Source of the DNA: Catajapyx aquilonaris
Taxonomy: Eukaryota
Assembly: GCA_000934665.2 (NCBI GenBank)
Contig: JYFJ02002159.1
Coordinates: 1 to 62,077, forward strand
Reading direction: 5' to 3'
DNA: 62,077 bases
In this document: piece by piece, positions 59,655 to 62,077 of the stretch
How positions within the stretch are numbered: the stretch's first letter is position 1
Layout: every line of letters starts with the position of its first letter
Made by a program: the position numbers and the translations under genes
The notes under the pieces: model-generated
What the model saw: the letters and a program-made list of their open reading frames with translations, nothing else
The model's database searches: none
Told to the model about the DNA's origin: nothing

Positions 59655-60671
59655 GTTTGGGCAACACTGTGCATCCCAACATCCCCCCAACCCCCCAAAA
59701 CAAATAGAACCAAAGTAATGATGCACAAAAAATAAAGAACAATCCCAAAGAGTTAATCTTGTTCGCAAGCAACTGAAGTATGAAGACTTTTCCAAGTAAA
59801 CATTATGTCAATTCAGATCTTGTGGAAATGATACGTGCAATTATCATCATCATTACCCTGCAAAATAAATAGTGCAAAGAAAATCTCCCATCATTTCACT
59901 TCAGTTGCTCGCAACATAAATGAATTTGCTTACAAGCAAAGTACAATATATACAGCGAACGAACCATGACAAAAAAAAATTATGTACAATTAGCTTCACT
60001 TCCAAGTCAGCACCAGAATTCCCCTTCTCCTGTTGCCTTATTCACATATATTTACAACGAGGGAAGCTACTACAACTAATCTGAGCCCCATGTTATTTTT
60101 GTGCCAACAAAGTCTATGATCCTATTCTAAACATATCTGATTGAATCAGGCAATTGCTTTCATTACAGAAATTACTGAAGAGGTGAGGGGAAAAAAGTAC
60201 TTTGCAAATCCATTCTATGCACTTTCTTGATACAATTTAGATTTTACAGCCTGATTGAAACAATTTTGGCAACATCAACAAAACAAAAATCCAATTGTTG
60301 TGGCAACTTTTTAAAACCCAAGATTTGAGGTAGTTTTTGTATAAAAATAAGCTTCTCGTTTTTTTTTCTTGATACTCAGAATACAAGTGCTAATTATTGA
60401 TTTGACCTCACGACCTATGGCAACACTTTAAAGCCCCCCCACCACATAAAAATTCTGCACCCCCTCCCAACCCCCCATCTTTTCGTAAATTATTTTCAAC
60501 CATTTAAAATGTCCAGTTGCACCAAAAACGTCCATTTGACACTGTCACAGATGGAACAAGAAAGCCCTGCAACTTTTTTTTTTGTAAACGACTAGCATGA
60601 GGCAAGGGTGGAAATGAGATAGGGGATATTCTCTTAGAGTGTGTTTGTTTTTTCATAACCACTAAAGCACT

Positions 60672-61686
60672 TCATCTAAACTCATAGATCTGGATACTGT
60701 GCTCCGGAATGTGAGTTAAGTTCAGTGACTGGAACCTGTAAAAAGAAAGTAATTTTACATTTAGCTTTTCAACAATAAATTCGCATACATAAAATTGTGA
60801 GCTTCATGATGATTGAGCTTAATACAAAATGGTACAGTGTTGGACATTAATCACGTCATACTGCTAGCAACATTTTCCGAAGCGGGAGAAGAACGAACCG
60901 AAGCTATGGATAGTGCAAGCCTTGCGAGCAAGATTCGTTCTTCTGCCGCATCGCAAAATGTCGCTAGCAGTATGACGCGATTAATGCCCAACACTGTACC
61001 ATGATTGCCAGAAAATAATCCTGAGGCGACTGAATACATACCACTCTGAACTGCGATGGTAGTAATATCCCTCGATGCTTGCAGTTGACTTCTGGAAGCA
61101 GATGTAGTAGAAGCCTGCAAATGATGCTCCACTGATGTCCTTGATTCTGTGGTCAGGAACTAGGAAGTGCTCCTTCCAGCGCATGAAGACAAAGTCTGTT
61201 GCTCGGAGGGACTCATAGTCAAAATTGTCCGAATTGAATGACTTGGCATATTGGAAGAACGACAGAAACTTGCTCTGCAAAAATGAGTAAAGAATAAGCC
61301 TCATGACGCTAAACTTAATTCAGGAAAGCATGTTTTCCCCTTTTTATCACCCTGAAAGGACACACAATAGCAAGAGAAGGAAAGTGCAGGGGTCCTGGCT
61401 AACACACCCCTGTTGGAAATGATTGAATCACCAGTAATAATGAATACACATGGTTCATATGCTAACAGCTAGTCAAATTTAACTTTAAGGTCATCAGGAT
61501 TAAATGGCAAGCACCAACCCAATGCTTCTTGTCAACGTCTTCATCTGCGTCCCACTTCCTGGTTAAGAAGGGGTACTTTTTGCTGATGATCTCTCCATCG
61601 AAGAAGGTGGTGAGAGTTGGATACTCCTCCGTCAAGCCTTTGATCTTCAGGTAACCGCAAAGGTATGAGTTGGCCTCGTCCACATG
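60672..61686 (-). CDS. GID4: GID/CTLH complex subunit 4, 3' part; exons 61519-61686, 61042-61274, 60672-60735; upstream exon(s) not identified, probably beyond the window
   Basis: [90 protein letters not shown] and C-terminal YEFR*. Confidence 0.95.
60835..60996. mobile_element. TA-flanked fold-back MITE in the last GID4 intron
   Basis: CAGTGTTGGACATTAATCACGTCATACTGCTAGC / GCTAGCAGTATGACGCGATTAATGCCCAACACTG. Confidence 0.85.
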
Positions 61687-62077
61687 CTGTGTAGAGATGA
61701 AAATAATTAATAGCAATAATTAAAAGGTTTGGGTTATTTGCCAATGTGTACTTGGTCATAGTTATTAAAGGCTGGCCTTTAATATCTATCTACAGTATGT
61801 ACTAGGTCAGGGCTATTCAACTGGCGGACTGCGACGCAATTTTGTCCGGACCACGACGATATACAGGACAGTTTGAAATAGCATTTGAAATTACTAATTC
61901 AGGATTTTTTGGAAAAAGTGCTTCAAATCTCCTTGAACCCCCACAAAAATTTTTACGACTTGTTCCCCTTGTGCTTATGAAATCGGCCTCCCCAACGAAA
62001 AAAAATTCTGCCTGCGTGCCTGTACAGGACTTCATAAAGGGCGAAAATGTCTCCAGCCTGCAGGGGCGGATCCAAGG

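Noticed and set aside
61806..62077. hAT-like termini (CAGGGCTATTCAAC, CAGGGGCGGATCCA)
   Set aside because: Partner ends and TSDs are not visible within the window.

Overview
Gene-dense eukaryotic genomic DNA from an arthropod, probably a non-dipteran insect (spliceosomal GT-AG introns, insect-type TTAGG repeats, tRNA-derived SINEs, many MITEs). Hand-spliced gene models, with reading-frame phases checked at every junction, give this order: TE cluster (1-3070); orphan low-complexity gene (+, 3352-5539); ZDHHC1/11-like palmitoyltransferase (+, 10394-14380); DUS1L (+, 16734-19414); fringe (-, 19841-27569); Na+/Ca2+ exchanger of the SLC8/Calx family (-, 32835-39104); DRG2 (+, 44288-49303); tepsin (-, 52473-54693); Rab40 (+, 55189-57522); GID4 (-, 60672 to past 61686, 5' end not resolved). 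No prokaryote-type system (CRISPR, operon) is present. The most notable observations are: (1) six of these genes have human orthologs or paralogs on chr17, including near-neighbours RFNG/DUS1L and GID4/DRG2, which suggests ancient microsynteny; (2) a tepsin that appears to lack its AP-4-binding tail; (3) a divergent NCX without a canonical XIP; (4) a tandem (GT)n-embedded element carrying TTAGG repeats; (5) a MITE inserted into a copy of itself; (6) promoter-like modules and exon-like units with no assigned gene. Family assignments come from recognising motifs by eye, not from database searches.
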